DNA from: Rhizodiscina lignyota | Taxonomy: Eukaryota | Assembly: GCA_010015805.1 (NCBI GenBank) | Contig: ML978125.1 | Coordinates: 2,232,001 to 2,296,000, forward strand | Reading direction: 5' to 3' | Length of the DNA: 64,000 nucleotides | Part shown: one piece after another, positions 12,090-22,888 of the stretch | Position numbering within the stretch: the first letter of the stretch is position 1 | Layout of the letters: each line of letters begins with the position of its first letter | Notes under the pieces: generated by a model | What the model was told of the DNA's origin: nothing | What the model saw: the letters and a program-made list of their open reading frames with translations, nothing else | The model's database searches: none | Translations under genes and position numbers: made by a program

Positions 12090-15000
12090 TCAAGATTTGT
12101 TCATTGAGATGACCTTCCAGACCGTCGCGTTCTTTTGCGGTGGATCTTGCCTCAACCCCGTCCAAACGTACTTTCGCACTTCCTGAGCTGTCGGCCAGCC
12201 ACCCCATTCCTCAATGCTCATGAGCTTGGCTCTGACGAGGGCCATTAGGTCTGGGCTGGCAGGCTTCATCTCACTAGGTACTTTGAACTCTCTCACTCGA
12301 GTGTCCAAGTGCGGGTATTCCAAGAAGACGCGTATCGCTGTGAGCAGCCTCCTCCAACGCGTCCTTCCGTTGATCTCTTCCTTCACCTGGATCCACAAGT
12401 CGTCTTTATTTTCTACCATCCACTGCACCAGGCTCCAAATACCTTCATGATCTCCAAGCATCCCCAAAGCCCGCACGAATGCGTGAAGCTCTGCCGAATT
12501 CGGTATAGACAGGAGGTGTGGAATATACGGAAGGTCTGGACGGGGTTGGGCACTCGGATTCATACCATTGTCTCCTCTTCTGCTGCCGAATACGATGCTT
12601 TGAAATAAAACACGCAGAAATTGAGAGGACTTGTCCAGGACTTGGTTTGCTTCGGCAAAGGTGCTCGAAGACAAGCTTCGTTTGGACGTGGTAAAGCCCG
12701 CATCTTTGAGATGCTGACGGTGTGCTTTCTCCTTTTCGTATTTGCGCCATCCTTCCTCTCCACCTTTGCTCTGGATAATGAGAGACGACAGGGCAGCATT
12801 CTCAATCCCGTTGCTGATATATCTGAAGCCCTCCGTGTCAAGCCCAACCCCAGTACTCTGCATCGCGCTGAGGATGGAGCGCATCAGTTTCCATGCAACC
12901 AAGGTGTTTGTCCCAACAACCGAACCTGGAGCGAGATGGACGATGCGGACACCTGGATGCGCCAGTGCTCGCAGAACATTGTACCAAGGCTTCCGATGTA
13001 TCGGCTTGCGGATCATGACGAGACGAAGCGCATGAACAGCTAAGCTGTCCCAACGCAGCGACCACCCCGGAAGGATGTGAGACCACCTTTGATATTCGTG
13101 GGAACGACTAGCCCCGAAGTACACTGGACACGATTGAAAGCGGGACAAGACGGACACGAATGCTGAGAACCTGCTGAGAGGGAGTTGCTGAAGATCTGCT
13201 ATATCCTCCTCGTTGGACGAGAGAAGTATCTCGGCTTCTCGTTTGCCAAGTGCCGAGTTGGCCTCTAGAAACCTGACCGCTTGTTCGACACTGTTCGCGT
13301 GCTTTGCGAGAATGGCACGTGTTTGGCCACTGGGATCGATGCCTTCATCTAGCATTCGTTGGAACAGCGCATCTGGCCCTGGCGGATCGGTGCGAGTGTA
13401 TGTGAGTTCCTGGGGTGAGATTGGATCTGGGAAGGGCTCTATAGCCTCTCCAGGCAGAGCTGCGAAAGGCTTCCACTCGGTATATTCCTCTTCGTCTGCA
13501 TCTTGCCCTCGTAATTCCTCATCGAGATCCTGCTCCCTTGCAGATTCCGTAGTTTTGATTTCCTTCTGCGTAATTGCTTTCAGAGTGGTCTTATGGACCA
13601 ATAATAATCTCTTGACCATCTCTCTGTACACGATTTCGCTAGGAGGTGCACCAGAATCCTTGAAAGACTCGAAGCAAGCCCAAGCTTCACGTGCAGTTCG
13701 AGTGGTAGTGATTCGTGCTGCCCACAACATCTCCTCCTTCTGTTCATTTGTTGGCAGAAGATGTCTCGTCTGCACAGTTGGACTCTGATCCGTGTCCCAA
13801 CCCGTGAACAAACGGGCGACATTCTCCCAACTCTCATCCGCATATCCCGCCTCCATCATACGGCGAATGGAATGTCCGGCGCGAGAAAGACCGTACTCCA
13901 AGTCTTTGCCTTCGTCCAGACCAGTGCGATTCTCTTTCCACGGCGGCCATGACTTAGCTTGCAATGAGGACCAATCGCGCTCGCGGTCGGTTTTATTACG
14001 AGCAAGCTGTACTCTAGCGACGCCCCGGTAACCTTCCTGAGTTACAGCAAGCGGTGGTAGCTGCTCGGTCATTGCACGAAGCAGATTAAACTGGGCTTGT
14101 TCTTGAAAGATGGATGATGCGAATGGTCTAATGGAAGCAGGGAACGCGAGCAAGGACAAAGCCCTGTTGTAAAATAAGGTTAGGCGAGAAGCGCGCTCAG
14201 CAGCCTGCTCTGCAAACAGGCCGGCTGATGAGTGATGCTGCCGAAGATATGTCGCTACAATAGACGAGATGTTGATTAAGGCACTTGGCCAGACCTTCCG
14301 AGCGTGCCGGCTAAGGCGGACGAACATGATGAAAACCGTTTGGTCGCTTATGCTAGTTTCGTTATGCAGAGTCTCATTAATTTCAAACTCGCTGAGAGCG
14401 TCTTGGTGAAAGCTGTCGTCCTTCCCAGCTTCGTAGGAACTCCGCTTGTCGGTGGTGGCAGGGGAACTAGCACCGAGAATTGCCCAGGCGTGCTTCAGTA
14501 GCAATTGAAGTGACAATGCGTTGACATGTACCCTCCGGAGGAGAAAGAGAAACAGAAACAACGGTAGACGCTGATGTGTTTTGCTCATATCATTCTCAGA
14601 GGATCCGCTGAAGGATTCCAAGGCTTTCGGCAGATTCTTCGCCACAAGAACGGCAGCCCAACGTGATAGATCATCCACTAAATAACCTCGACATTCTAAA
14701 TACCGAGTCTCTTCATCGGAGAAGCTCTCATGTTTCAGGTAATGAGGAAGAGACATAAAGTCTATCGGATTGTTCGAAAGTTCATTACTATGCATCGACA
14801 TGATATGCTTGGCAAGAATGGACTGCAGTGATATTGTTCTTCGCGAATCCCTAACTTGGAAATGCAACTCCGATGGTCTGTGCCCCTCGATAGGTAGGGC
14901 GTTGGCTTTTCTTGCATTCCTGTACGACAGGTCTTGTCTGGTGGTTGCCAAAGGCAATACATGGTGGTTGTCGGTGAGACGCAGTGCATTGATAAGGTGG

Positions 15001-15665
15001 GTTGAGGGACTGGGCCGTTGTCGTTGTCGAGTTCGGCTCGACACTGTTCCTACTAAAGCAGGTTCATTTGTTGGCGAAGGATGGTCGGTGGACGTAGCGG
15101 ACGCTGCAGAATCAGTCGGTGGAAGTCTCGCGTCGGTGCTGTTCACCCCAGGAATAAAATCCTCCAAAAAATCATTGTCGAAATTGTCCCAAGATACTGA
15201 ATCAGACTCATCCCGTCTCTGGTTCGCGTGGTCTTTCTCCTTGTGTGAGGCCGTAGAGCCGAAAGACTTGTCCACAGACTCTCTTAGATTGGTTCGACGA
15301 AACCCAACAGGTGCCCGCTGCCTGTCTATTGTCCTCTCTTCTCCGACATGAGAATTTTTGCTCCACGAATAACCATCTTTGCCTGTATTTAGGAGGCGAG
15401 ACTGGTCATGCAGCTCGTCAATCTGCAAAATATGCCTTTCTTTGGCTCCACGTTCGCCAGATAGAGCGCCATTCATCGCAAGCGGTCGTACCACTGGTAG
15501 TGAATAGAATCGCCATTGTGAAGCCGATAATGCCTGGAATCTCGGTGCATGCTGCTTATCGCTCGTTAGCTCGCGGCCCAGCAAATTTGAGAGGGAGAGG
15601 AAGACAAACTGCAATGAACAATTTGCCATGGCGAGGCGCCACCCTGCTAATTGAGAGTTGGGCAT
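12090..15665 (-). CDS. Large conserved fungal hypothetical protein, probably a mitochondrial helical-repeat (PPR-like) protein
   Basis: Intronless 1191-aa ORF with ascomycete-type blocks (WPPWKENRTGLDE, GWDTDQSPTVQTR, WAARITTTRTAREAW, LHAFVRALG, WGGWPT). Function is inferred only. Confidence 0.6.
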   Translation of the reverse strand: MPNSQLAGWRLAMANCSLQFVFLSLSNLLGRELTSDKQHAPRFQALSASQWRFYSLPVVRPLAMNGALSGERGAKERHILQIDELHDQSRLLNTGKDGYSWSKNSHVGEERTIDRQRAPVGFRRTNLRESVDKSFGSTASHKEKDHANQRRDESDSVSWDNFDNDFLEDFIPGVNSTDARLPPTDSAASATSTDHPSPTNEPALVGTVSSRTRQRQRPSPSTHLINALRLTDNHHVLPLATTRQDLSYRNARKANALPIEGHRPSELHFQVRDSRRTISLQSILAKHIMSMHSNELSNNPIDFMSLPHYLKHESFSDEETRYLECRGYLVDDLSRWAAVLVAKNLPKALESFSGSSENDMSKTHQRLPLFLFLFLLRRVHVNALSLQLLLKHAWAILGASSPATTDKRSSYEAGKDDSFHQDALSEFEINETLHNETSISDQTVFIMFVRLSRHARKVWPSALINISSIVATYLRQHHSSAGLFAEQAAERASRLTLFYNRALSLLAFPASIRPFASSIFQEQAQFNLLRAMTEQLPPLAVTQEGYRGVARVQLARNKTDRERDWSSLQAKSWPPWKENRTGLDEGKDLEYGLSRAGHSIRRMMEAGYADESWENVARLFTGWDTDQSPTVQTRHLLPTNEQKEEMLWAARITTTRTAREAWACFESFKDSGAPPSEIVYREMVKRLLLVHKTTLKAITQKEIKTTESAREQDLDEELRGQDADEEEYTEWKPFAALPGEAIEPFPDPISPQELTYTRTDPPGPDALFQRMLDEGIDPSGQTRAILAKHANSVEQAVRFLEANSALGKREAEILLSSNEEDIADLQQLPLSRFSAFVSVLSRFQSCPVYFGASRSHEYQRWSHILPGWSLRWDSLAVHALRLVMIRKPIHRKPWYNVLRALAHPGVRIVHLAPGSVVGTNTLVAWKLMRSILSAMQSTGVGLDTEGFRYISNGIENAALSSLIIQSKGGEEGWRKYEKEKAHRQHLKDAGFTTSKRSLSSSTFAEANQVLDKSSQFLRVLFQSIVFGSRRGDNGMNPSAQPRPDLPYIPHLLSIPNSAELHAFVRALGMLGDHEGIWSLVQWMVENKDDLWIQVKEEINGRTRWRRLLTAIRVFLEYPHLDTRVREFKVPSEMKPASPDLMALVRAKLMSIEEWGGWPTAQEVRKYVWTGLRQDPPQKNATVWKVISMNKS

Positions 15666-16335
15666 GCCATCTGAAGAGCCATGAATCCACAGCGGTCAAT
15701 GGCATTCATTTGTCCAGCTCGTCCACAGCGCACAGTTTGCTCGTCTGGTCGCACGTCAGGAGCTCTCGAGCTGCATTTCGGTCACGTTCAGGGACAATCG
15801 GCGGCTCGGCCGGGTAAATGTCGGAGATGCGCGCAGGGCTTGGCGCATGGCCGAAAGTGTGGATCGCAGTCAACACGTCTGCGCAGAGCCTGACTCCGAC
15901 ACAACCAATATCACTCTGCACTTCTTCTTCCCAATTTCCTCATCGGTGCACAGGCATCACATCTCCTGCGTGTATTCCTCGCTATTGACGTGAGGTTCGT
16001 TGTTGCTGTTGCGATCGCAGCCCTGCAGCGCCTCGCGGGCCTAAGAAAGCGCCCTTGCCATTTGTCGCTAGGTGTCTTTGCACTTTGATCTTCACCAACA
16101 CCCATCATCGTCCCGCCAGACCCCCGACCTTCGACGCTCCGGACGCCGCAACCCACTTGAACTTTAGGAACAACTCGTCACGCGTGCCGACCGACTGCCT
16201 CAGCGTGTCTCCGCCGACTCATCACATTCGGTGGCGCGCCCCTGGGGCTCGGGAGTGTTGCGATCCTCTACGCCCTCGAAAAGCGCGTCTCTGCATCCCT
16301 ACACGTCCTCCGAGCGCATACCACAATTGGTCGAG

Positions 16336-19252
16336 ATGGACAACCACGCAACAAACGGCACGCTGACGCCGCCTTCAATGGATGGCCAAACAAGCGCAGC
16401 TGCCGTACCTACGGCCAAACGAAAACGAAGCGAGGGCGACATTTCCGTGCATATGAATGGCACGATAGCAAATACCGACGCTGGCGAAACGCGGCCTCCG
16501 AAGAAGTCGAGACAGTCCAATGGCGACGATAGCCTACATTCCATATACAGCATTCTGAAAAGGTATGTAATAGGTTCCCTGATATCAATATCAGCCCACC
16601 TGTCTTTGCGCTTGCAGTCTGCAAATTCCGCTGACTGACGGTTTTTACTACAGCCACGATACTTCTCCTTCACTCCTAAACCTCCCACTCGAGCCTGATT
16701 CTCAATCTACGTCAAACGCAGATGAGCTGAATTCCACGGGCGTTTCCGCTTCCTCCCAATCCATATCATCAAAGATGGAATCGGGATCCTATTCATCTGC
16801 TGAGCAACTGGTTAAGGACGTTGAGACTGCAGGTACAAAGCTTGTCGCTCCGCTCCTAGCCAAAGAGGCCACACAGCCCCCTGGGAGTTACGCAAAGGTG
16901 AATCCTTTGTCACTCAGCGAAACGAGGTTGATGACTGGTGCATTGGCGTTGCAAAAGATGGCTAAGAGCCTGGTTACCAGTGAGCAACGGCTCAAAACAC
17001 ATCTGGAAGAACAGTCTGGAGCAAACAAGAATGTGAAGGAAGAGTACCCAAAGAACAGTGGTGCAATTGAAATCAAGCTGGAAAGCAACGACAACGATTC
17101 TTTCGATTCATCAGCAAGGTCAGTCCTGACGCTCTTTGGAAATGCGCAAGGTCCAAAGCAACTCTTTTCGAGTCTACAAAAACCTTCCAAGGCTGCGACT
17201 GTCCTTGGCAAACGGTCGGCATCAGAGCTTGATACCAGCGTCGATGTGAACATGCCAATCCGCGACGAACTTCTGCCAAACATGATCTCTACCACTAAAA
17301 TTCTACCTATCGATACGGGCGATGCGCTGTCAAAGAAGCGGACGCCGACGATTGGCGAGCTGTTTGCTGCACCGGCAACGCTACATCCTCTCACACCACC
17401 GAAGCATGCGAAGTCCACTACTGCGCGCGCGCCAACAATAACCTGGGAGTATCCAGAGTCGCGGCCGAAGACACGCAGAGGCAGCTACAATTATTCGCGT
17501 GAAGTTCTTAGTGTTGGCCAGTGGCTAGGATACAAGGGAGTCGACCAGCCACAGGAGCCAATTTCCCCTGAAGCGAAACGGAAGCAGAGGGATCGCGCAC
17601 TAAGCACTGGTGAGGCGCAACCAAAGCTTTCAGAAGAAGCACGACTGGCGGTGGAACAAGCGAAAGAAGAGGCCTTGTTCCGCAGTGTGTACTCTAGTTT
17701 CGCACCCACCCGAGATGATTCTGCAGCAGTCGTGCCAACTGAGACAAAAGACATGGTTTGGTGGAGCAGGGTTGGAGAGAAAAAGTTCCAGCAAAATTTT
17801 GCAGTTGATATACAGTTGATAGACCCTGAGCTCATGGACGACGATACAGCGTCTGGGAACGTGACCAAGGATGACGAGGACGCAGCATTCCGGGAAGCCA
17901 TTGAGACATTCGAACCAGAAGGTCCATACGAAGATCCAGCCAGCAAGAGCGCCCCAAAGGACGACATGGACGAGTTACTGAAGGAAATTTCCGAGCTCCT
18001 GGAGACTCTCAATTCGTACCAGAGGATTCGGAATGCCTCTCTTGCTTCCCATTCTCACAACCGAACACCAAGCGTAACCAGCCAGCAAGCAACATTGGCA
18101 AGTATGTCTGGTTCACCAACCTCTCCTACGAAGCCCGAAGTGGACGTCTACAATATGCTCAAGATGCAACTTTCCATCTTGATCAACCAACTCCCACCCC
18201 ATGCGGTTGCGAAGCTCAATGGCGATCAGTTGGCCGATCTCAACATCAGCAAAGACATCCTCATCGAGACCAAAAATTACCGTGGAGTCATGGAAGAGGA
18301 CCAAATAAGTCGTCTAGCGAAAGCTGCTGTACTGAGTGCCGCGCCAGCACCAAGTATGCCCCGAATGAACTCTAGCAGTGGACAATATCCAAACTCTACG
18401 CCACAGTACGCTCGTCCGTTGGCCGGTGGGCAGTTAGGGGCTGCTCGGCCGCAGGCCAATTATTACCCACAACAACAGCCACCAAATCGTACCCCCGGTA
18501 TGCCTATCCAACGAACGGCAACAGGTCAATTCGCAACACCGACCGCTTTTGGCGGTAATAATCCTTCGCGTCCTACCTTCACAGCCCAAAGCTTCGGGCA
18601 GAACCCACCAAGACCGGGTCCAGGCCCAGCTTACGGCTCGACCTCATCGGGCGGCAGCCAACATATCTATCCTCAGCAGTCGCGCACCCCGCAGCAGTTC
18701 TTCCAGAATACCCCTCAAGCTGCTACCCAGAACCGGAACTACGGCCAGCAAGCGACAGGCGCCAATTATCAGCCTCGACCTGGCAGTCATGGTCCCGCTC
18801 AACAAGCTCCAATGTACGGCTATCCTGCAAACAACACGACGAACTCGCAGAGCTCGAGCCAAAGCCCACATGCGCGCACGGCGAGTCCGCTTAAGACTCC
18901 CCTTCCGCAGAATCAACAAGCTCGGCCATCCTATCCACAGCAACCGAGCGCACCCACGTATGGCACCCCCCCTACATCTACTGCTAACGCCGCTGCGGTA
19001 GCCGCGAACAGCCGCCCATACATGCAAGGGGGAAGCCAGCCAGCCACGCCATCCGGTGTCGGGCCAAGCGGATTCCACACGAGCATGAGCAGCGCGGAGC
19101 AGCAGAGCATGATGGAGCGCCAGCGTGCGCTTTTGGCGGGACAGCAGCAGCAGCAACGGGCTAGCTTGGAGCAGGCGATGGGGACTGCGAGTCCAGCTCC
19201 GGGCGCCAATGGACAGACGAAGCAGGTGAGTGGTGCTACGGTCGGAGCATAG
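16336..19252 (+). CDS. Rsc58/BRD7-9-like chromatin-remodelling subunit with Q/P-rich tail
   Basis: ATG at 16336, NLS KRKR, intron ~16563-16653. Bromodomain-like SIISKMESGSYSSAEQLVKDV, then QWLGY and YSSFAPTRDDS motifs, then a low-complexity Q/P/G C-terminus. Confidence 0.55.
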
Positions 19253-19899
19253 AAGTGGTACATGGGAACCAAAATGGGATGGCGCATATCCCTTGATTTT
19301 TGTTTTGATGAACATCTCTCTCACGTCATGAGCAGGGCCGCGATCTGAGCAGGTAGCTCCTTCTTTGAGCATTCGATGTTGGCGGCGTTCTTCAGTTCTC
19401 TTTTTCACATTTTCAGACGGAAAAGGTTCACGTTCGCGCGGGGAAAAAAATAGACTCTGTTGAATCGTGGTTTGGTGTCTGATAGGCAGACTGCATTTCA
19501 TGGTACATGCCATAGGCTTGTTTAATTAGAATTCCAGCGTGAATTATCAGTACGAGTTTCACTTCACCGCAAAAAACTGATCGAGAGAATCGTGCTCTAC
19601 GGGCTTATTCTGCTCGCCGTGAAATCCCTAGCTTCATCTGTCGGAGTAGCAAGTCATAAAGGCTCTGAAAGCTGATCGCGTTCGCAGATCATTCCTAAGG
19701 ATAGAGGTAGTTGCTATGATCATACCGTCGTAACCGTTGTGGTCGGCTTTACTGTCACCTTCCCGAACGGCTGTGAGGCATTCAAAGTCCTTGGAGAGTT
19801 CAGATTGCCCGCCAAGCGGTTTCGAGAGGAGTTGGAACGAACGGAGACGGATACCGGATTATTGGGAGAGATACACCCTGGCTTCGATGGGTTGATTTT

Positions 19900-20230
19900 A
19901 GATTAAATGTTCTAGTATTGTACTATCCGCACATCTGATATAGTACTACTCTATCTTCACAAAAGCCTCCTTACTCCCTGCTAAATTATTAATTGCTCTA
20001 TTAATAATGCTCTTCTGCTTCTTATCTGCTTTCAGGTATATCTTCATATAAGCCACTTTGGCCTACTTGATAAGCCCCGGACACACGAGCCAGATGCTTT
20101 CGGCGTCACGCACCTGGAGCGCCACGCCGGGAGTCTGAACCCAAATTACAGCATCTCCCGCCCAAGCAGATAAAGCTGCCTTGCTATTAAACAAGAGGTA
20201 TATCCCAGAACTCGACAGCATTTCCCAAAA
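19900..20230 (-). pseudogene. AT/TpA-rich degraded coding remnant (RIP-like; gene or TE fragment)
   Basis: The minus frame reads ...IWLVCPGLIK*AKVAYMKIYLKADKKQKSIINRAINNL...IE* with TAG stops, and TpA is visibly enriched relative to the flanks. Confidence 0.35.
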
Positions 20231-20268
20231 AGTTTTGCATTGTTTCGAAACCAACCACCATCCTTGCC

Positions 20269-22123
20269 TTATAACAGATACATCAAGACCAACAAACCCG
20301 ATATCAGATACGCAAGTTCACCAGTCACCTTTGACGCTGAATTCGTCGTTACTAACGCTGGCGAAGTCGCCGTCGCGTTCGGGTCGAATGATGAGGATGC
20401 CGACGAAGTGGTGATTGGCCCGCTTGGAGATTGCGGTCCTGGCGATTGAGATCCTGGAGATGGCGAGCTCGGCGTCGTCGCGGGTCCTGGAGATGGCGCT
20501 CCTAGAGATGGTGCTCCTGGAGATTGTGCTCCTGGAGATGGTGCTCCTGGAGATGGTGCTCCTGGAGATTGTGCTCCTGGAGATGACGCTCCTAGAGATG
20601 GTGCTCCTGGAGATGGTGCTCCTGGAGATGGTGCTCCTGGAGATGACGCTCCTGGAGATGGCGAGCTCGGCGTCGTCGCGGGTGCCGAAACAACGGACGA
20701 AGGCTTCGAAGCCGGCGACGATGGGGCCTCTGGAGATGGCGAGTTCGGCGACGACGCGGGTGCAGAAGGAGCAGACGAAGGCTTCGAAGCCGGCGACGAG
20801 GGCGCCGTGTGGGTTTCAGGGAGTGTGTTGGTTGTGCTCTGCGGCTGCGGCGCGGGTGCAGAAGGAGCAGACGAAGGCTTCGAAGCCGGCGACGAGGGGG
20901 TCGTGTGGGTTTCAGGGGGTGTGTTAGTTGTGCTCTGCGGCTGCGGCGTTGCCGTCACAGTCGTTGCCGGCCCGGTGACCAGGCCTCCAGTCAGCGTAGG
21001 AACGGCGTACGGAGGATCGAACAGGCCGAATCTGCCACATGCATTACACGGCAACGCCCAAGACTTGACGGGGCCCGGGGCCACGAGGATTGGGTCGCAG
21101 CGGCCGTTGGGCGCGGCCGTCGCGATGTATGAAGGCGGTTCGGACTGAGGACAGTCGGTACCCAGATCGTTCAGGGTGAGCTGGCGAGTGACCGACGACG
21201 CAGTAAGGACGACGGTGGAGACTTGGTCGAGGTCGACAGCGAATACAACATCAGAGCCGGCGGGTCCAGCGCGCTGGCTGGCGGAGTTGTAGCCGGCGAG
21301 GGTGTTGACGATCAAGTAGACGGACGGCGAGGTACTGTAGGTGGATTTCGCGTTAGTCTAGAAAGAATGAGGATGAAAATCGGGACGAAAGGGCTTACAA
21401 GGTGTAGTCGCGCGCCGTATCGACGTAGGTGGTTGGGTACGAATATGGCTTGCTCGTTGGCCAGTAAATGACGTTGACGGTTCCGGCAGACCTTCAAAGA
21501 CAGCGTCAGCGACATATATCTCGATCAGAACGGGCAACGTACATGGTACAATCCGTCGGACACGGGTTTGGTGGCGCTGTGATGGTCCTTGACAAGGTTG
21601 TTGACAAGGTTGTTGAGAAGGTTGTTGAGAAGGTCGTGCTTCTTGTTACAAAGCTGGTGATGGTACTCGACAGGGTTGTTGACAAAGTTGTGGATGTTGT
21701 GATGGTAGTCGATGAGGTTGTGGAGAGGGTTACAGACGTCGGTACGTAGACGGTAGTAGTATTCATCCGGATCGTCTTGAATGTCAGAGACTTTGTGAGG
21801 GTTGTGGACTTTGGCACATAAACGGTAGTGGTATTTTCCTTTGTTATGTACGATGTGAAGACCTTGGTCGTTGGCACATAAACGGTGGTAGTATTTTTCT
21901 TTTCCAGGGGTGCATGCAACGTTATGTACGATGTGATGACCTTGGTCGTTGGCACATAGGAGGTATTGGTGGCTAATTCTGTCGGACGAATCTGCTTTTC
22001 GATCGGTACATACGTTGTTGTTGCTTTGGACTCTGGCGCATAGATGGTAGCGGTCGACGAGGGTATCGTGTATTTTGGCGCGTGCTGCGAAGGAATACTC
22101 TGCTCTGGAGCGTGGTGGTTCAT
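20269..22123 (-). CDS. Thr-rich / Ser-Pro-rich GPI-anchored cell-wall protein with a small Cys-containing domain; 5' end uncertain
   Basis: T-rich exon ending PPNPCPTDC, spliced to SAGTVNVIYWPT...TSPSVYLIVNT...DLGTDCP...CDPILV...CNACG.FGLFDPPYA, then SPGAP repeats and a hydrophobic tail YLISGLLVLMYLL*. Confidence 0.7.
20484..20660. repeat. 15-bp coding tandem repeat (CCTGGAGATGGTGCT; SPGAP units)
   Basis: About 11 near-identical 15-nt units are visible. A longer ~110-bp duplication (PQPQSTTNTxPETHTxPSSPASKPSSAPSAP) lies at ~20750-20950. Confidence 0.9.
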
Positions 22124-22888
22124 GCTCCACGACTCGCTACCGTGCGGAGAGTGTGGAGCTTGAGCATCTATACCTTTTCAGCCATTGTGCTACGGAGTTT
22201 TTCGATTGTCACAACCTACCACCGCTGCCGACCAGAAGAAGTAGCAGTCCGACCGCTGCCCATAACCTCAAGGTAAACGACATTTTCTAACTTGGAAAGA
22301 GCGAGACACAGGCAGGTGCACAACGAGTGATGCGAATTCTGCCCAGTTGTCGATAGCCATGCGGAGACGGCTCGAATAAGTACCAGTTCTAGCAATGGGT
22401 CTTTGCATCCTACCGTCAATGAGGTAATGCCTCGTGTCCGTTGCCGGCATCGCAATCGACCCGTGCACGCCATGCTGTGCAGTAAGTCAGAAGGAAAGTG
22501 GTTATCAACACATCTTAGCCAGGAACAGCCAGGAACAGTACAGGGAAGCATGGTTAGTTGGAGCTATTGGAGCCAACCCCTCCGCGTCATGATTGGACGG
22601 CTGTGGAGCTAGGGGTCTTCCAAGTTTTTGGACTTGCCTCTTTCCCTCTTGCACACTCTGGCAACTGGTTTTGCCCCCTGTACCAAGACGTGTTGTGACG
22701 TGTGTTGCCGCGAGCATCAATTGGCCAATTGCCACATTTTACATATGCCATCATGTCTCCAGGCAAAATGGTTCGACTCTGCTGCCGATGTGGTCGCTAC
22801 GCGCCGCGTACTTACATTTACGCATTAACGAAGACTCCGTTGGCGCACCCCATGCCTTCTTCCTCAGGTTATTGTTGGGCTTTTCAAG

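Noticed and set aside
19590..19900. Possible RNase MRP/P or other structured RNA (GGGCTTATT and AAAGTCC motifs)
   Set aside because: The motifs are in the wrong order for the P4 helix and I have no further support; an Infernal/Rfam scan would be needed.
20484..20660. CRISPR-like regular repeats
   Set aside because: No unique spacers, the repeats are coding, and the context is eukaryotic with no cas genes.
20415..20927. Plus-strand ORF with LLEMV repeats
   Set aside because: Antisense reading of the 15-bp SPGAP repeat.
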